Source of the DNA: Octopus bimaculoides
Taxonomy: Eukaryota
Reading direction: 5' to 3'
Assembly (NCBI RefSeq): GCF_001194135.2
Contig: NC_068989.1
Location: 6,329,727 to 6,393,726 of the forward strand
DNA: 64,000 nucleotides
Below, piece after piece: positions 13,915 to 27,116 of this stretch (the stretch's first letter is position 1; each line of letters begins with the position of its first letter). A program made the translations under genes and the position numbers. A model generated the notes under the pieces. That model searched no databases, was not told the DNA's origin, and worked only from the letters and a program-made list of their open reading frames with translations.

Positions 13915-14760
13915 CGAGTGACTGGACAGGTAGAGTCTGCAGATATTGATTAGGTTTAGACAGCCTGTGGCTACTGACTTGTACAAGCAGAGTCTGTTGC
14001 TGTTGAGTGGACACATAATAATCAATGGATGGTGACTGGACACATGTAGGTGTGTAGGTGCTGACTGCTCAGACACAATGTGTAGATGTGGACAGGCAAC
14101 ATACGGTGAGTATATACTGTCTCTATACATACAGGGTATAAATGTTGACTGCTTAGATACAGGGTGTAGATGCTCACTGGACACAGCCAGGGAGTAAACG
14201 TTGATTAAAAAAAAAAAATAAAAGGCACGAGAGTGGCTGTGTGGTAAGTAACTTGCTTACCAACCACATGGTTACAGGTTCAGTCCCACTGCATGGCAGC
14301 TTGAGCAAGTGCCTTCTACTATAGCCTCGGGCTGACTAAAGCCTTGTGAGTGGATTTGGTAGATGGAAACTGAAAGAAGCCCATCGTATATATATGTGTG
14401 TGTGTGTCTGTGTTTGTGCCCCCTCAACATTGCTTGACGACCGATGCTGGTGTGTTTACGTTCCCGTAACTTAGCGGTTCAGCCTAAGAGACCAATAGAA
14501 TAAGTACTAGGCTTGCAAAGAATAAGTCCCGGGGTCGATTTGCTCGACCAAAGGGCGGTGCTCCAGCATGGCCGCAGTCAAATGACTGAAAGAAGTAAAA
14601 GAACAGACACTGACTGTATAGACAAGAGGTGTAGATGTTGACTGCATAGATAATACAGTGTGTGGATGTTAACTGATCACAAGCAATGCGTAGATGTTGA
14701 TTGGACAGAATATACACAGTTAGGTAGATAATTGAATGGACAGATTGTGAACAGTTTGAA
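13915..14760. repeat. Degenerate ~28-bp minisatellite (TGTAGATGTTGACTG core) interrupted by a SINE
   Basis: AGGGT unit starts at 14133 and 14161; similar units resume after 14610. Confidence 0.6.
14223..14603 (+). mobile_element. SINE family A, full length (tRNA-derived head, CORE-like segment, internal microsatellite, conserved 3' tail)
   Basis: A-box TGGCTGTGTGG, B-box GGTTCAGTCCC, CTTGAGCAAGTG, (TA)(TG) spacer, tail ending CCAGCATGGCCGCAGTCAAATGACTGAAA..GTAAAAGA. Confidence 0.9.
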
Positions 14761-15686
14761 TGGATGGATACACTTCATTGTACAACTGTCAGTTTGTTCT
14801 CCACTCAAAAGGTTTAAGTGTCAATTAATAGCAAACAAAATGGATACAGTTTCTACATAATAGCCTCACTCCTGTGGGAAAGCAACCCAACTTAGAGTCT
14901 GACTTTCACTATTAAATTGTTATTTTCAAGCCTTCTGCGTTTGTATCTGTATGTGTATGCATGCTCTTTTTTTTCTTTTCTCCTTTAATTTGCAGTTAAT
15001 TACAACTGGCCACCTGTTTGGTAGCAAAGTTTTGGAGAGAAAGCATCTTTTGTTCATCTTAGGAAGGTCTCTTCTCTGTATGTATGTATATATGTATGTA
15101 TGTATGTATGTATGTACATGTCTATATTTTGTGTGCCAATTAAGTGAGAGTTTAATTAGAAACAGTGATGTAGTAATTAATAGTATTTATTTGCTATCAG
15201 TGCATATTTTAGGTTGGATTATACTAATTAGCAATAAATTATTGCATTAGACTGACCAGATTACTGACATAAATTTCAATCATTGCACACTTGAATGGTT
15301 CCCAAGTTTATGAACCATGACTCTTGTCTGTATATAATATATTTCCATCGGTGTAGGTGAGTGTGGAAAATATGGGTAATAAGCATTTTTCTAAATCAGT
15401 GGTACTTAACTGGGGTCTATATAACCCCTGGGAGTTCATATAAGACTTTTGGGAGTCCATGCAAGCAAAATAGTAAATTGGGTACCTACAACAGTATTTT
15501 AAGGGTCCATGAAGATAATTTTGCTTGGGTCTATTTATGGCAAGAAATAGCTAGCTTTCTTTCTCAAATATTATCCATAGTTCAATTTGTTAATGGGTGA
15601 AAAGCAAAAGAAGAATTTTGGAAGAAGTGTCTATAAAACGAGTTTTTAAATATTGAATGACTGTTGGGGGTTATTCAAATTATTTT

Positions 15687-15775
15687 ACTTCCGACACGCG
15701 TTTCGAAGATATCATTGGTATTATTCCAAAGGAATAAAATCGTGTAAAACAATGTAATCTTCTCTTCAGGGAAAT
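15687..15775 (-). ncRNA. Type I hammerhead ribozyme motif with extended stem II
   Basis: Minus strand: ATTTCC-CTGAAGA-GAAGAT..(46 nt)..ATCTTC-GAAA-C-GCGT-GTC-GGAAGT. Stem I has 6 bp, stem II has a 6-bp base, the triplet is the canonical GUC, and predicted cleavage is between 15693 and 15692. Confidence 0.8.
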
Positions 15776-16249
15776 GAAGCAATGAAACTCGTCAATAAAA
15801 CATTTTAACAGAATATGATGGATATGTACAGTGATTAACTGAACACTATTAACTTTTTTTTTAAAAAAACGTTAGAGGATATAAAGTCAAAGGTAGCCTA
15901 TAGAAAGAGGAGGGGTAAAGGAAAGAAAAAATCAGAAACCAAATAAATGAGAAATATAGAACAATATGTGAGTTAAATAAAACCCTAAAGTCTTGGAAAA
16001 AGATATATCTAGTGAATGTGAAATGTAAGAAGAATATTAATGTTTAAATTATATATAACGGTAGATATCACTTATATGAACTAAAGGTGTGTTTCTGCCA
16101 ATGTTTACATTGGTATACACACTCTATAACCGTATTTACAAGGGGATTTTTAGAAAAAACAATAAAAAATAGTTCAGAATTGCAGAGAAGACAGAATTCC
16201 TTGCCTTTATCATAAGGGATTGAAATTGAGAGAATGAACCAATCACACT

Positions 16250-16254
<5 letters not shown>

Positions 16255-16282
<28 letters not shown>

Positions 16283-16305
16283 TTATCTATCTCTCTATCT
16301 CTCTA

Positions 16306-16385
<80 letters not shown>
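16255..16385. repeat. (CTAT)n-(ATGT)n-(TA)n microsatellite
   Basis: Direct reading. Confidence 0.95.
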
Positions 16386-16388
<3 letters not shown>

Positions 16389-16902
16389 TTGCGTCTACAA
16401 AGAATAAGTCCTGGGATCGATTTGATTGACTAAAAGGCGGTGTACCAGCATGGCCACAGTCAAATGACTGAAACAAGTAAAAGAATATTTTTTACAAATA
16501 AATATTATTAGAAATTGTGTAAAAAAATTAAAATATTTTGTTTATTGTAAAAATATAGCCAACTTATTGCGCATAAATTTCAATGACAAAATCTTATATG
16601 GACCCCTAAGGGCCATTTGGATGCAGAGGCTCCCTTGTTAGCTTATCACTGTCGTTGTTGCTATTGTTGCTATTGTTGTTATTGTTGTTGTTGCTATTTG
16701 TCTTCGTTGTTTGTATTAATACCAAAATCTCTATTACACACACACAACCATATTACAAACAGAATGACCAGAGTAATATACTAACACACTAGCTACACCA
16801 ATCCTACCACCACTACCACCACCACCACCACCACCATACTATTTGTAATACTGTTCCTATAAATCACTGCTGATTTGAGTGAAAAGCTGGATGGAGAGAG
16901 AA

Positions 16903-16937
<35 letters not shown>

Positions 16938-17525
16938 CAAAAAGAAAATGAGAAAGAAAACAAAAATAAAAGAAGAGTAGAGAAATACAGGGAGAAAGAG
17001 AAGACCAAGAAGAAGAAGAAGAAGAAGAAGAAGAAGAAGAAGAAAAGCCGAAGCACAACAGAGCAGTGTGTGTCAAAACCAAATGAAGTGCTACCATCAT
17101 TTTCTATATTCTGCACAGAGCTCATTGCAATCTATTGATGCTAACCATAAATATAGACCATCTCAAGCCAAACAAACCATCGATCTATCTCCTCCAACCA
17201 TCAAACTATTTTTTTTCTTTTTTTTTTGTATTTTTTTAGCTTATTTTGTTTTTTAGTATTTTTGTTCATATTTTATGTATTTCCATTGTGGGCTTTATTT
17301 ATTTATATATTCGTATATTTATTTATTATATTTCATCCATGTTGATTATTTTACTTTAAGTCAATCCATCCATCACAGGGTTTTATAATCCTTCATTTTG
17401 TGAGTTCATCTTTCTGTTTTACTGGTTGGTTTATAATATTTTGTCAGTTGATATTGCAGTTCATAATGTGTGTTGTGTTGTGTATACTTTAGTAGATGAT
17501 ATATCGAATAATAGGTACTATGTAC

Positions 17526-17935
17526 AGGCATCGGAGTGGCTGTGTGCTAAGTAGCTTGCTTACCGACCACATGGTTCTGGGTTCAGTCCCACTGCATGGT
17601 ATCCTGGGCAAGTATATTCAACTATAACCTTGGGCCAACTAAAGCGTTGTGAGTGGATTTGGTAGATGGAAACTGAAAGAAGCCCATTGTGTATATATAT
17701 ATATATATATACACACACATATATATATATATATGTATGTATTTGTCTCCCCCACCATTGCTTGACTACCAATGTTGTGTTTATGTCCCCCGTAACTCAG
17801 CAGTTCAGCAAAAGGGTCCGATAGAATAAGTACTAGGCTGACAAGGAATAAGCCCTGGGGCCGATTTGTTCGACTAAAGGTGGTGCTCCAGCATGGCCAC
17901 AGTCAAATGACTGAAGCAAGTTAGAGAATAAAGAG
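17526..17935 (+). mobile_element. SINE family A, full length
   Basis: Same head, microsatellite and tail organisation as 14223-14603. Confidence 0.9.
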
Positions 17936-17982
17936 ACAACCACTGACATAAAGACACACATACACACTCACACACACACACA

Positions 17983-18055
<73 letters not shown>

Positions 18056-18088
18056 ACACACATACACACTCACACACACACACACACA

Positions 18089-18248
18089 GATGAGCTTCTC
18101 TCAATTTCTGACTACCAAATCCACTCACAAGGTCTTGGTCGGCCCAAAGATATAGTATAAGCTACTTTCCCAAGGTGCTTTGCAGTGGGATTGAACCTGG
18201 AACTATGCGTTTGTAAAACAAGCTTGTTACCACACAGTCACATCTATA
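18089..18248 (-). mobile_element. SINE family A 5' half
   Basis: GAGCTTCTCTCAATTTC..CCAAATCCACTCACAAGG..CAGTGGGATTGAACCTGG..CCACACAGTCAC. Confidence 0.8.
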
Positions 18249-18538
18249 CACCGCAGACTTGGACGCAGTTTCCATCTGCCAAATTCAGTCACAAAGCATT
18301 GGCTAACCTTAGGTTATAGTAAAAGACACATGCTTGAGGTACCGCATGGTAGGACTGAACCCAAAATCACATGTTCCGTCATCTTGGAGAATGCTTCTTA
18401 ACCACACAACCATAGAAGCTAGCATGGTCGGGTGAAGAGCACTTTTCATCATAACTCTGCTCCATCAAATTTTATCTTGGATTTACTGACAACAGCAGCA
18501 GCATCAACGAATAAAAAAGAAATCCATCACAAATGACC

Positions 18539-18570
<32 letters not shown>

Positions 18571-19374
18571 CAACAGCAACATTATCGTCATCGTTGTCAT
18601 CATCAACAGCATTCGTTAAGTGTTTGTAGAAAGAGAGAATACGATGGAAGTAACGTCTACAAAAAGATAAGCTTGACAATTGTGTGTGTGTTGTGCCGGA
18701 GTGTCAAGAACCATTTAGAACAGCAAACTCTTGGACTTAATTAGAGAGAAATGTTTGTTGTTGTTGTTGCTGTTATTCAGACAGATGCCTGATTCCATTT
18801 ATGTTAGTTCTGTAAGTGGATTCTTTCTCCTTCATATACACTTTCAATCTGACATGGAAACATAACTCTTTATATATACTTGTGCATAGTTATACTTCCT
18901 GTGTACTAGAACATATCTATTATCTATATATATATATATCTAAACCGTATATATATATATATATACATATATATATTTTGTCTTTTATATTCGCATCTAT
19001 GTATAAAGACATCTACGTACTTATCACCATTAATATCTTTTTCGATTTGTTTTTTTTTTTCTTTTCCATTATGGATTGGTTATGTCATGGCGGTTGAAAT
19101 AACAGAGAAAACCTGGACAATTTTACTGTTGTCTGTCTAACAGAGAATATTGAGTATAATTTATCATGCCACCAGCACTAAGGAACAATCATTTGGCACA
19201 GTGGTATAGTTAAAGTGTGTGTTGTTGAGGACAGTTCTTGAATTTACTCCATTCTTACCCTTGGGGCCTCCAAACCTATACAAGCTTATACCGAGACCTA
19301 AAAGTGCTACACTGCTTAAAGCATCACCTGGGGTGGACAGCTATGCTACCACCTTTGTGGACAAACTAAAGGGT

Positions 19375-19610
19375 ACTCTCTTTTTTATTGCCCACAGGGG
19401 GCTAAACATAGAGAGGACAAACAAGGACAGACAAAGGGATTAAGTCAATTACATCGACACCAGTGCATAACTGGTACTTAATTTATTGACCCCAAAAGGA
19501 TGAAAGGCAAAGTCGATTTCAGCAGAATTTGAACTCAGAACGTAACGACAGACAAAATACCGCTAAGCATTTCGTCCGGCGTGCTAATGACTCTACCAGC
19601 TCACTGCCTT
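19375..19610 (-). mobile_element. SINE family B monomer with type-1 tail (GGGCAATAAA)
   Basis: TTATTGCCCACAGGGGGCTAAACATAGAGAGGACAAACAAGGAC..GCTAAGCATTTCGTCCGGCGTGCTAA. Confidence 0.85.
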
Positions 19611-19675
19611 TATCACCCCTGTATCACATTAATTCTTATATGGAGTTACTCACCCCCTAAATGAATTGGTAGGTA

Positions 19676-20075
19676 GATGGTACTTTTTACATGCCACCAG
19701 CACAGGAGCCAGTTGGGCGGGGATGGGGGGCTGGCATTGACCCACGCTTGAATGGTACTTATTATATGCCATCGGCATGGGGAGCCAGTCAGGTGGCACT
19801 GGCATCGACAACGTTTGGATGGTGCTTTTTACATGCCACCAGCACAAGTGTGGCACTGGTATCGACCTACGATCAAATCGTCCTTATTATGTACCACCAG
19901 CACAAGTGCCAGTCAGGTGACACTGGTATCGACCTACGATCAAATCGTCCTTATTACGTGCCACCAGCACAAGTGCCAGTCAGGTGGCACTGGCGTCGAC
20001 CCACGTTCGAATGGTGCTTATTACGTGCCACCAGCACGGGTGCCAGTCAGGTGGCACTGGCATCGGTCACAACTA
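19676..20075. repeat. 67-bp tandem array (~6 units), part of retroposon family D
   Basis: Unit starts at 19876, 19943 and 20010 (period 67). The unit motif TTACGTGCCACCAGCAC..GCCAGTCAGGTGGCACTGGC also occurs in family D copies near 43310, 52105 and (inverted) 60085. Confidence 0.9.
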
Positions 20076-20649
20076 CAATTTCCATTTTGATTTCGACGTT
20101 GATTTGCTTTTGATTTTTGCCACATACATGTGTGTATGTGTCTGTCTGTGTGTCTCCACTACTCTAAGTCTTTCCATACAAGTATCACCATATTTATAAT
20201 TACATTCATACCTATGCACCTGTCCTCATGCAAACATCAATGTAGCTGCTTGTGTGAACACATGCATATACGTTTGCATCTATGCATGTATGCGCTTGCA
20301 TGTGCTTACATAAACTATTCAAGACATGATGGATTACAATCAAAATCTCCATGTTTTGCTTCGTTATTGGAATTTCCGATTATTTTAGATTCAGTGTCCA
20401 TTTTCTGTTTTCCATTTTCTTTCTTCTTCCTTTTATTTTTTCGTTCTAAGTTTCCATTCTGTTGTTATATTTATCCTTGAGACCTTTTTCTTCGACTTTG
20501 ATTGTGTTCTCTTGTTAAACTGGGGTTTGTAATCTTTCTTTCCAATATATTAACCTAATCCACTGCATCGGAAGATTAGTGCAGGCAGATTAAGTTTAGT
20601 TGCATACTGACGAATAGTATTTGATCAAGGGACACTAAAATGTAGCTTA

Positions 20650-20910
20650 TATGTAGTAGTAGTAGTAGTAGTAGTAGAGGTGGTGGTGGTGGTGGTAGTA
20701 GNNNNNNNNNNTAGTAGTGTTGGTGGTGGTAGTAGTAGTAGTAGTGGTGGAGGTAGTAGTAGTAGTAGTAGTAGTAGTAGTGATGGTGGTGGTGATGGTG
20801 GTGGTGGCAGTGATAGCGGTGGTGGCTGTAGTAATAGTAGTAGTAGTAGTAGTAGTGATGGTGGTGGTGGTGGTAGTGGTGGTGGTGGTAGTGGTGGTGG
20901 TGGTGGTGGC
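20650..20910. repeat. (GTA)n/(GGT)n trinucleotide mosaic
   Basis: Direct reading. Confidence 0.95.
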
Positions 20911-21234
20911 AATTGTATCATGTATGATGTCCTGTGCTGCTACTTTTTTTGTACTTTACTGACGTGACATGTTTGCTAGAATACTATTTGTGAGTCGAAT
21001 GAAAAGGCAGAGGTTATTTTTGGTCTGGCTGTTTGACCATTTTGGTTGAATATTACCGAAGCTTGGTAGAAGCCATGCAGTTCTTAATCACAAAACTAGA
21101 AAGCAGAAAAAGAAAAAAATGTCTTCCTCAACTGGAGATGTCATGTGACATAATTGTCTTATAGAATACCAACCAAAAGACTAATAATAATTAATAATAA
21201 TAATGATAATAATAATTAATAATGATAATAATGA

Positions 21235-21680
21235 TTTCATTGCTTGTCAGTTGTTTGACCTCAACCAGTTGAGCATGTCCCTTAGTGGCTGACAATATGT
21301 GCATCTCTGATCACGACCAGAAGTAGTGGGGGAGCATCATAGCCATGTGTTGAGAGGGATTCTTTGGGGTTTGGATAATTCACCTCTGGAAATATGGGTG
21401 TTTTGTTCATCATCCTTAAACAAACCTTATTTAGGGACCTTTTGAGTGGAATGGACTACCTCAACCTGAAGAAAATTCCAACAAGGTCATGCGCTATTTA
21501 TCTTGATAAGAGATCACCATGTTGCGCACATATGGTTGTGATGCATGTGCCTGGTGTACCCTTATCAGACGGGTAGTCATGATGGGTATACTGGGCTTCG
21601 TATATTTGTACCCCAGTGTCACTTTGAGGGCACGCACTGCTCTCTCACTCAATAATAATAATAATAATGATAATAATAAT
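21235..21680 (+). mobile_element. Probable non-LTR element 3' end with (AAT)n tail
   Basis: Higher-GC non-microsatellite segment ending CTCTCTCACTC(AAT)n; resembles an Octopus interspersed repeat from recall only, and has a single copy here. Confidence 0.45.
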
Positions 21681-21715
21681 AATAATGATGATGATGATGA
21701 TGATGATGATGATAA

Positions 21716-21928
21716 TCCTTTCTACTACAGGCACAAGGCCTGAAATTGGGAGAGGGGACTAGTCAATTACATCGACCTCAGTGTGTAACTGGTACTTAAT
21801 TTATCGACCCTGAAAGAATGAAAGGCAAAGTAAACCTCGGTGGAATTTGAACTCAGAAAGTAGCAATGAGCGAAATACCGCTAAGCATTTCATCCGGCGT
21901 GCTAACGATTCAGCCAGCTCACCACCTT
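21716..21928 (-). mobile_element. SINE family B monomer with type-2 tail
   Basis: TCCTTTCTACTACAGGCACAAGGCCTGAAATT..CAGCCAGCTCACCACC. Confidence 0.85.
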
Positions 21929-22627
21929 AATAATAATAATAATAATAATACAAATGTAAAGAATTTATCAGGTGGACCTGAAGGTGAAATAATGCCATAC
22001 TCAACAGCTGACTCAGCACAGAACAATGGATACAATTATTGGATTTTTTTTTGTTTCGTGTTTGTGTGAGTGTTTCCGAGTGTATGTATATGTGTGCGTG
22101 TGTGTGTGTGTGTGTGTGTCTGTGTGTGTGTCTGTGTGTGGGGGAAGGGGTGGAATGAAAGAGAACAAGAGAGCCTTGCAGAGGAACTGAACATAAAGAG
22201 TAGCTGAATGAAAGAATACTTGGCTTAGCAAAAAGAATTACAAAAAGAAGAAAAATCTATCAGAGACAAAACAGTAATAGAATTTAGTGAAGTGATCCTG
22301 TTAGCTATTCAATAATTGACAATTAAATGCACACACACAAACACACACACACACACATACATACAGATATGGAAATACATATCTTGTACACACGGGTACA
22401 GGCATGTATATACATCTTATACATACACATTCACACACACATGTATATAGCACACACACAGATAGATGCAAGTACATACACTGATATGGAAACACATTTA
22501 CTACAAATATAAGCACACGTACACACACACAAACACACACACACACATAAAATATATATACACTATATGCATGCATACATACATACATACACAAGCACAC
22601 ACATTCCACACTCATATGCACACATGC

Positions 22628-22680
<53 letters not shown>

Positions 22681-23046
22681 TAGACGCAGGCGTGGCTGTG
22701 TGGGAAGTAGCTTGCTTCCCAACCACATGGTTCTGGGTTCAGTCCCACTGCGTGGCATCTTGGGCAAGTGTCTTCTACTATAGCTTCAGGCTGACCAAAA
22801 CCTTGTGAGTGGATTTGGCAGATGGAAACTGAAAGAAGCCTATAGTATGTATGTATATATATATATATATATACATACACACAACGGGCTTCTTTCAGTT
22901 GCTGTCTACCAAATTCACTCACAAGGCTTTGGTCAACACGAGGCTATAGTAGAAGACACTTGCCCAAGATGCCACGCAGTGGGACTGAACCCAGAACCAT
23001 GTGGTTGGGAAGCATGCTTCTTCCCACATAGCCATGCCTGCACCTA
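22681..23046. mobile_element. Two family A 5' halves in inverted orientation forming a ~365-bp palindrome
   Basis: Left arm TAGACGCAGGCGTGGCTGTGTGGGAAG..GAAAGAAGCC; the right arm is its reverse complement ending GCCATGCCTGCACCTA; TA-rich spacer of ~45 nt. Confidence 0.9.
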
Positions 23047-23469
23047 TATGTTTAGTATAAATGCTAAAGGGTTAAACATGGAATGGTTATGAGGTCCGCC
23101 CCAGTGAAACAGGAATCAAAGAGGTCTATAGACAAAACATGGTTAAGAACCGACTCCTTCCAAGCAAGGCCTGAAATTTTGAGGGGAGGGGGTTAATCAA
23201 TGCCATCTATCCCAGTATTTGATTGGTACTTTATTTCATAGACCCTTGAAAAATAAAAAGAAAACTGACTTTAGCAGAATTTGAAATTAAAATACAAAGA
23301 ACCAAAACAAATATCACAAGGTATTTTTTTTCTTATGCTCTTATAATTCTGATAACTCCCCCTCCCCTCCGTTTTTTTTTTTTTTTTTTTGCCAATGCTT
23401 CAATGATTCTGCCTGATCACCAATAGCAACAACAGAACTGCAGCTGTGCATGCAATCAGTAAAAGTATT

Positions 23470-24700
23470 AAAGCGTAAATACATACATATTCAAATTCAC
23501 ACACACAACCTACATACTACATACACACACACACACACACACACATACATATTCAAATTCATATACACTTACTACTACATACAGACACATACATACATTT
23601 AAATTCATGCGTTCACACATAGGCTTAAATGCATAAATGCAACACACACACACACACATTTAAATTCATACATACACAACCTACATGCATATACACAGAC
23701 ACACATACATGTCTAATTCCATACACACATAGACATGTAAATACAAACACACACTCATATACATTCAAACATTTAAATTCATACATTCGCATACATACGT
23801 ACACATACATACATATAAACCATACACATACATACAAACACGTAAATACTTACACATACGCACATACATTTAAATCCATACATACATATAAATACACACA
23901 CATTCACACATACATACAAACAAGCATATATACAGACATGTAAATACATATNNNNNNNNNNNNNNNNNNNNNNNNNNNNNNNNNNNNNNNNNNNNNNNNN
24001 NNNNNNNNNNNNNNNNNNNNNNNNNNNNNNNNNNNNNNNNNNNNNNNNNNNNNNNNNNNNNNNNNNNNNNNNNNNNNNNNNNNNNNNNNNATATACATAC
24101 ATATACATACACACATACATGCATTTAGATTTATCCATACACACATATACACACATGTTTATATTTATATATACATACACATATTCAGATATATGTATGT
24201 GTGTATATATCATCACCAATCATCATCATTTAGCATGAAAGGAGGATGTTAAACAATGATTATGATGATGGTGGTGGTTATGATGATGATGATGATGACA
24301 CATACACACATACATACATTTGATTTTAACAATATACACACATACATTTATATTCATATATACATACACACATACTACACACATACATACATTTAAATCT
24401 ATCCATATACACACATACATTCATATTCATATATACATATACATACATACATTTGAATTAAACAATACATACACACATACATTTATATATATTATATACA
24501 TTATATACATACATACGTTTAAATTTATCCATACACACACACATTTATATTTATAAATACATACACATATACATACATATGAACTGAACAATACATACAT
24601 ACATTTAAACTTATCCATATACACACATACATTTATATCTATATATACATAAACACATATACATAAACATACATTTTAATTCAACAATACACTTTTTAAG
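23470..24700. repeat. CA/TA-rich cryptic minisatellite with recurring TTTAAATTCATA motif
   Basis: Direct reading; ACATTTAAATTCA-like motif repeated many times. Confidence 0.8.
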
Positions 24701-25148
24701 TTAATAAAAATGTAATGTGATTGAAGTTGTATATGTTGATGTCATTTGTCATTTTATGGTGTGGTGGGAAAAATAAACAGGGCAAAAAGTAGCTATGTTT
24801 AATGTTAATAAAGCAGTGTATATTCTCGTTAAGTTGAGGACATTGATCTAGTAATTAAAATCATTTATCAAACGGACAGTCAAAAGGATGAAAAAAATAT
24901 TCTCCTCTTCATTGTTTTTTAATGTCCACTTGTCCATGTTTGCATTGGTCAGACTGAATTTGTGGAGGCAGATATTCTGTGGCTGGATGCCCTTCCTGTC
25001 ACAAACCCTCACCTGGTTTCCAGTTTAGGTAATATTTCTTCATTGTTTTTTGGGGAAAACAGGAAATGTTCAACAATGGTTGTATGATGAGTATCCTGAG
25101 GCCTATTTACAACCATCATATGATGTCAAGACAAGGGTACACTCAAAA

Positions 25149-25179
<31 letters not shown>

Positions 25180-25399
25180 CATATATTACACATTAATTTT
25201 GAAAGAAAAATTAAGTAAGAATAAAATATCCACACACACACACACCCACAAAATTTCTTTCAAAATTAACTCTTTATCACTTTATACCTGTAATGAGTTG
25301 TCCTAGATATCAATTGTCTGGGAGTAAGTTGTCCTGGTACCAGTTGCCCTGGCACAATGTATGTTTACATATATATATATATATATATATACATACATA

Positions 25400-25560
25400 C
25401 AATGGGCTTCTTTCAGTTTCCAGCTACCACATCGACGCACAAAGTTTTGGTTGAGCATAGTAGAAGCAACTTGCCCAAGATGTCCCCCAGTGGTGGGGAC
25501 TGAACTTAAGACATCTTGGTCGAGAAGCAAGTGTCTTGATCATACCGCTATACCTGCTCC
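25400..25560 (-). mobile_element. SINE family A 5' half, degenerate
   Basis: TGGGCTTCTTTCAGTTTCC..TAGTAGAAGCAACTTGCCCAAG..GGGACTGAAC. Confidence 0.75.
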
Positions 25561-26124
25561 TGAAAGAGCTAGCTGGCCAGAGATGGAAATATCTAAGAAG
25601 CTGACAGAGATGTTAAATAAAATGAAGTTGAATTCTACAGCAGAATCAATCACCGTTTCAACACACCTGGCCACTACCTTAAGCATCTGTCAGTATTTAG
25701 GATTTCTGCACACCATGGGGCCTCACACTCCTGTTAACACAAAGAATAGAGCATTATCTTCACCATTGGAAGAGCTTGTTTGTTAGGTTTAAATAAACAT
25801 TTCTCTTCCTCTACCTAACAGCACCTCATCTCACCTGTATTTATGTCTCTATGTACAGGTAAAGTTGTATTGATGTTTACCTGGTATATTTTCCACATAT
25901 GTATTGATGTTTTCCTCATATATGTTTGTGTAAATAAAAGTATGTGTGTAGTTGTGAGTATAAATATATCTAGGCAGAATTTTTCTTTGATAAAAGAATA
26001 ATCGACAGATATATGTACGTGTGTGTGTATATAAGCATTCATGACTGTTTAAGGATGCTTTGTGCATCAGTGCATATGGATACACACATTGCTTGGATGC
26101 AGGTAGCATACGTACATACATACA

Positions 26125-26164
<40 letters not shown>

Positions 26165-27070
26165 CATTATTCAAATCCATTTTCCTTTTATATAGCTGCA
26201 GGTGTAGCTATGTGGTAAGAAGCTTGCTTCCCANNNNNNNNNNNNNNNNNNNNNNNNNNNNNNNNNNNNNNNNNNNNNNNNNNNNNNNNNNNNNNNNNNN
26301 NNNNNNNNNNNNNNNNNNNNNNNNNNNNNNNNNNNNNNNNNNNNNNNNNNNNNNNNNNNNNNNNNNNNNNNNNNNNNNNNNNNNNNNNNNNNNNNNNNNN
26401 NNNNNNNNNNNNNNNNNNNNNNNNNNNNNNNNNNNNNNNNNNNNNNNNNNNNNNNNNNNNNNNNNNNNNNNNNNNNNNNNNNNNNNNNNNNNNNNNNNNN
26501 NNNNNNNNNNNNNNNNNNNNNNNNNNNNNNNNNNNNNNNNNNNNNNNNNNNNNNNNNNNNNNNNNNNNNNNNNNNNNNNNNNNNNNNNNNNNNNNNNNNN
26601 NNNNNNNNNNNNNNNNNNNNNNNNNNNNNNNNNNNNNNNNNNNNNNNNNNNNNNNNNNNNNNNNNNNNNNNNNNNNNNNNNNNNNNNNNNNNNNNNNNNN
26701 NNNNNNNNNNNNNNNNNNNNNNNNNNNNNNNNNNNNNNNNNNNNNNNNNNNNNNNNNNNNNNNNNNNNNNNNNNNNNNNNNNNNNNNNNNNNNNNNNNNN
26801 NNNNNNNNNNNNNNNNNNNNNNNNNNNNNNNNNNNNNNNNNNNNNNNNNNNNNNNNNNNNNNNNNNNNNNNNNNNNNNNNNNNNNNNNNNNNNNNNNNNN
26901 NNNNNNNNNNNNNNNNNNNNNNNNNNNNNNNNNNNNNNNNNNNNNNNNNNNNNNNNNNNNNNNNNNNNNNNNNNNNNNNNNNNNNNNNNNNNNNNNNNNN
27001 NNNNNNNNNNNNNNNNNNNNNNNNNNNNNNNNNNNNNNNNNNNNNNNNNNNNNNNNNNNNNNNNNNNNNN

Positions 27071-27116
<46 letters not shown>

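Noticed and set aside
19676-20075. CRISPR-like appearance of the 67-bp array
   Set aside because: Whole units are homologous with no unique spacers, there are no cas genes, and the context is a eukaryotic retroposon.
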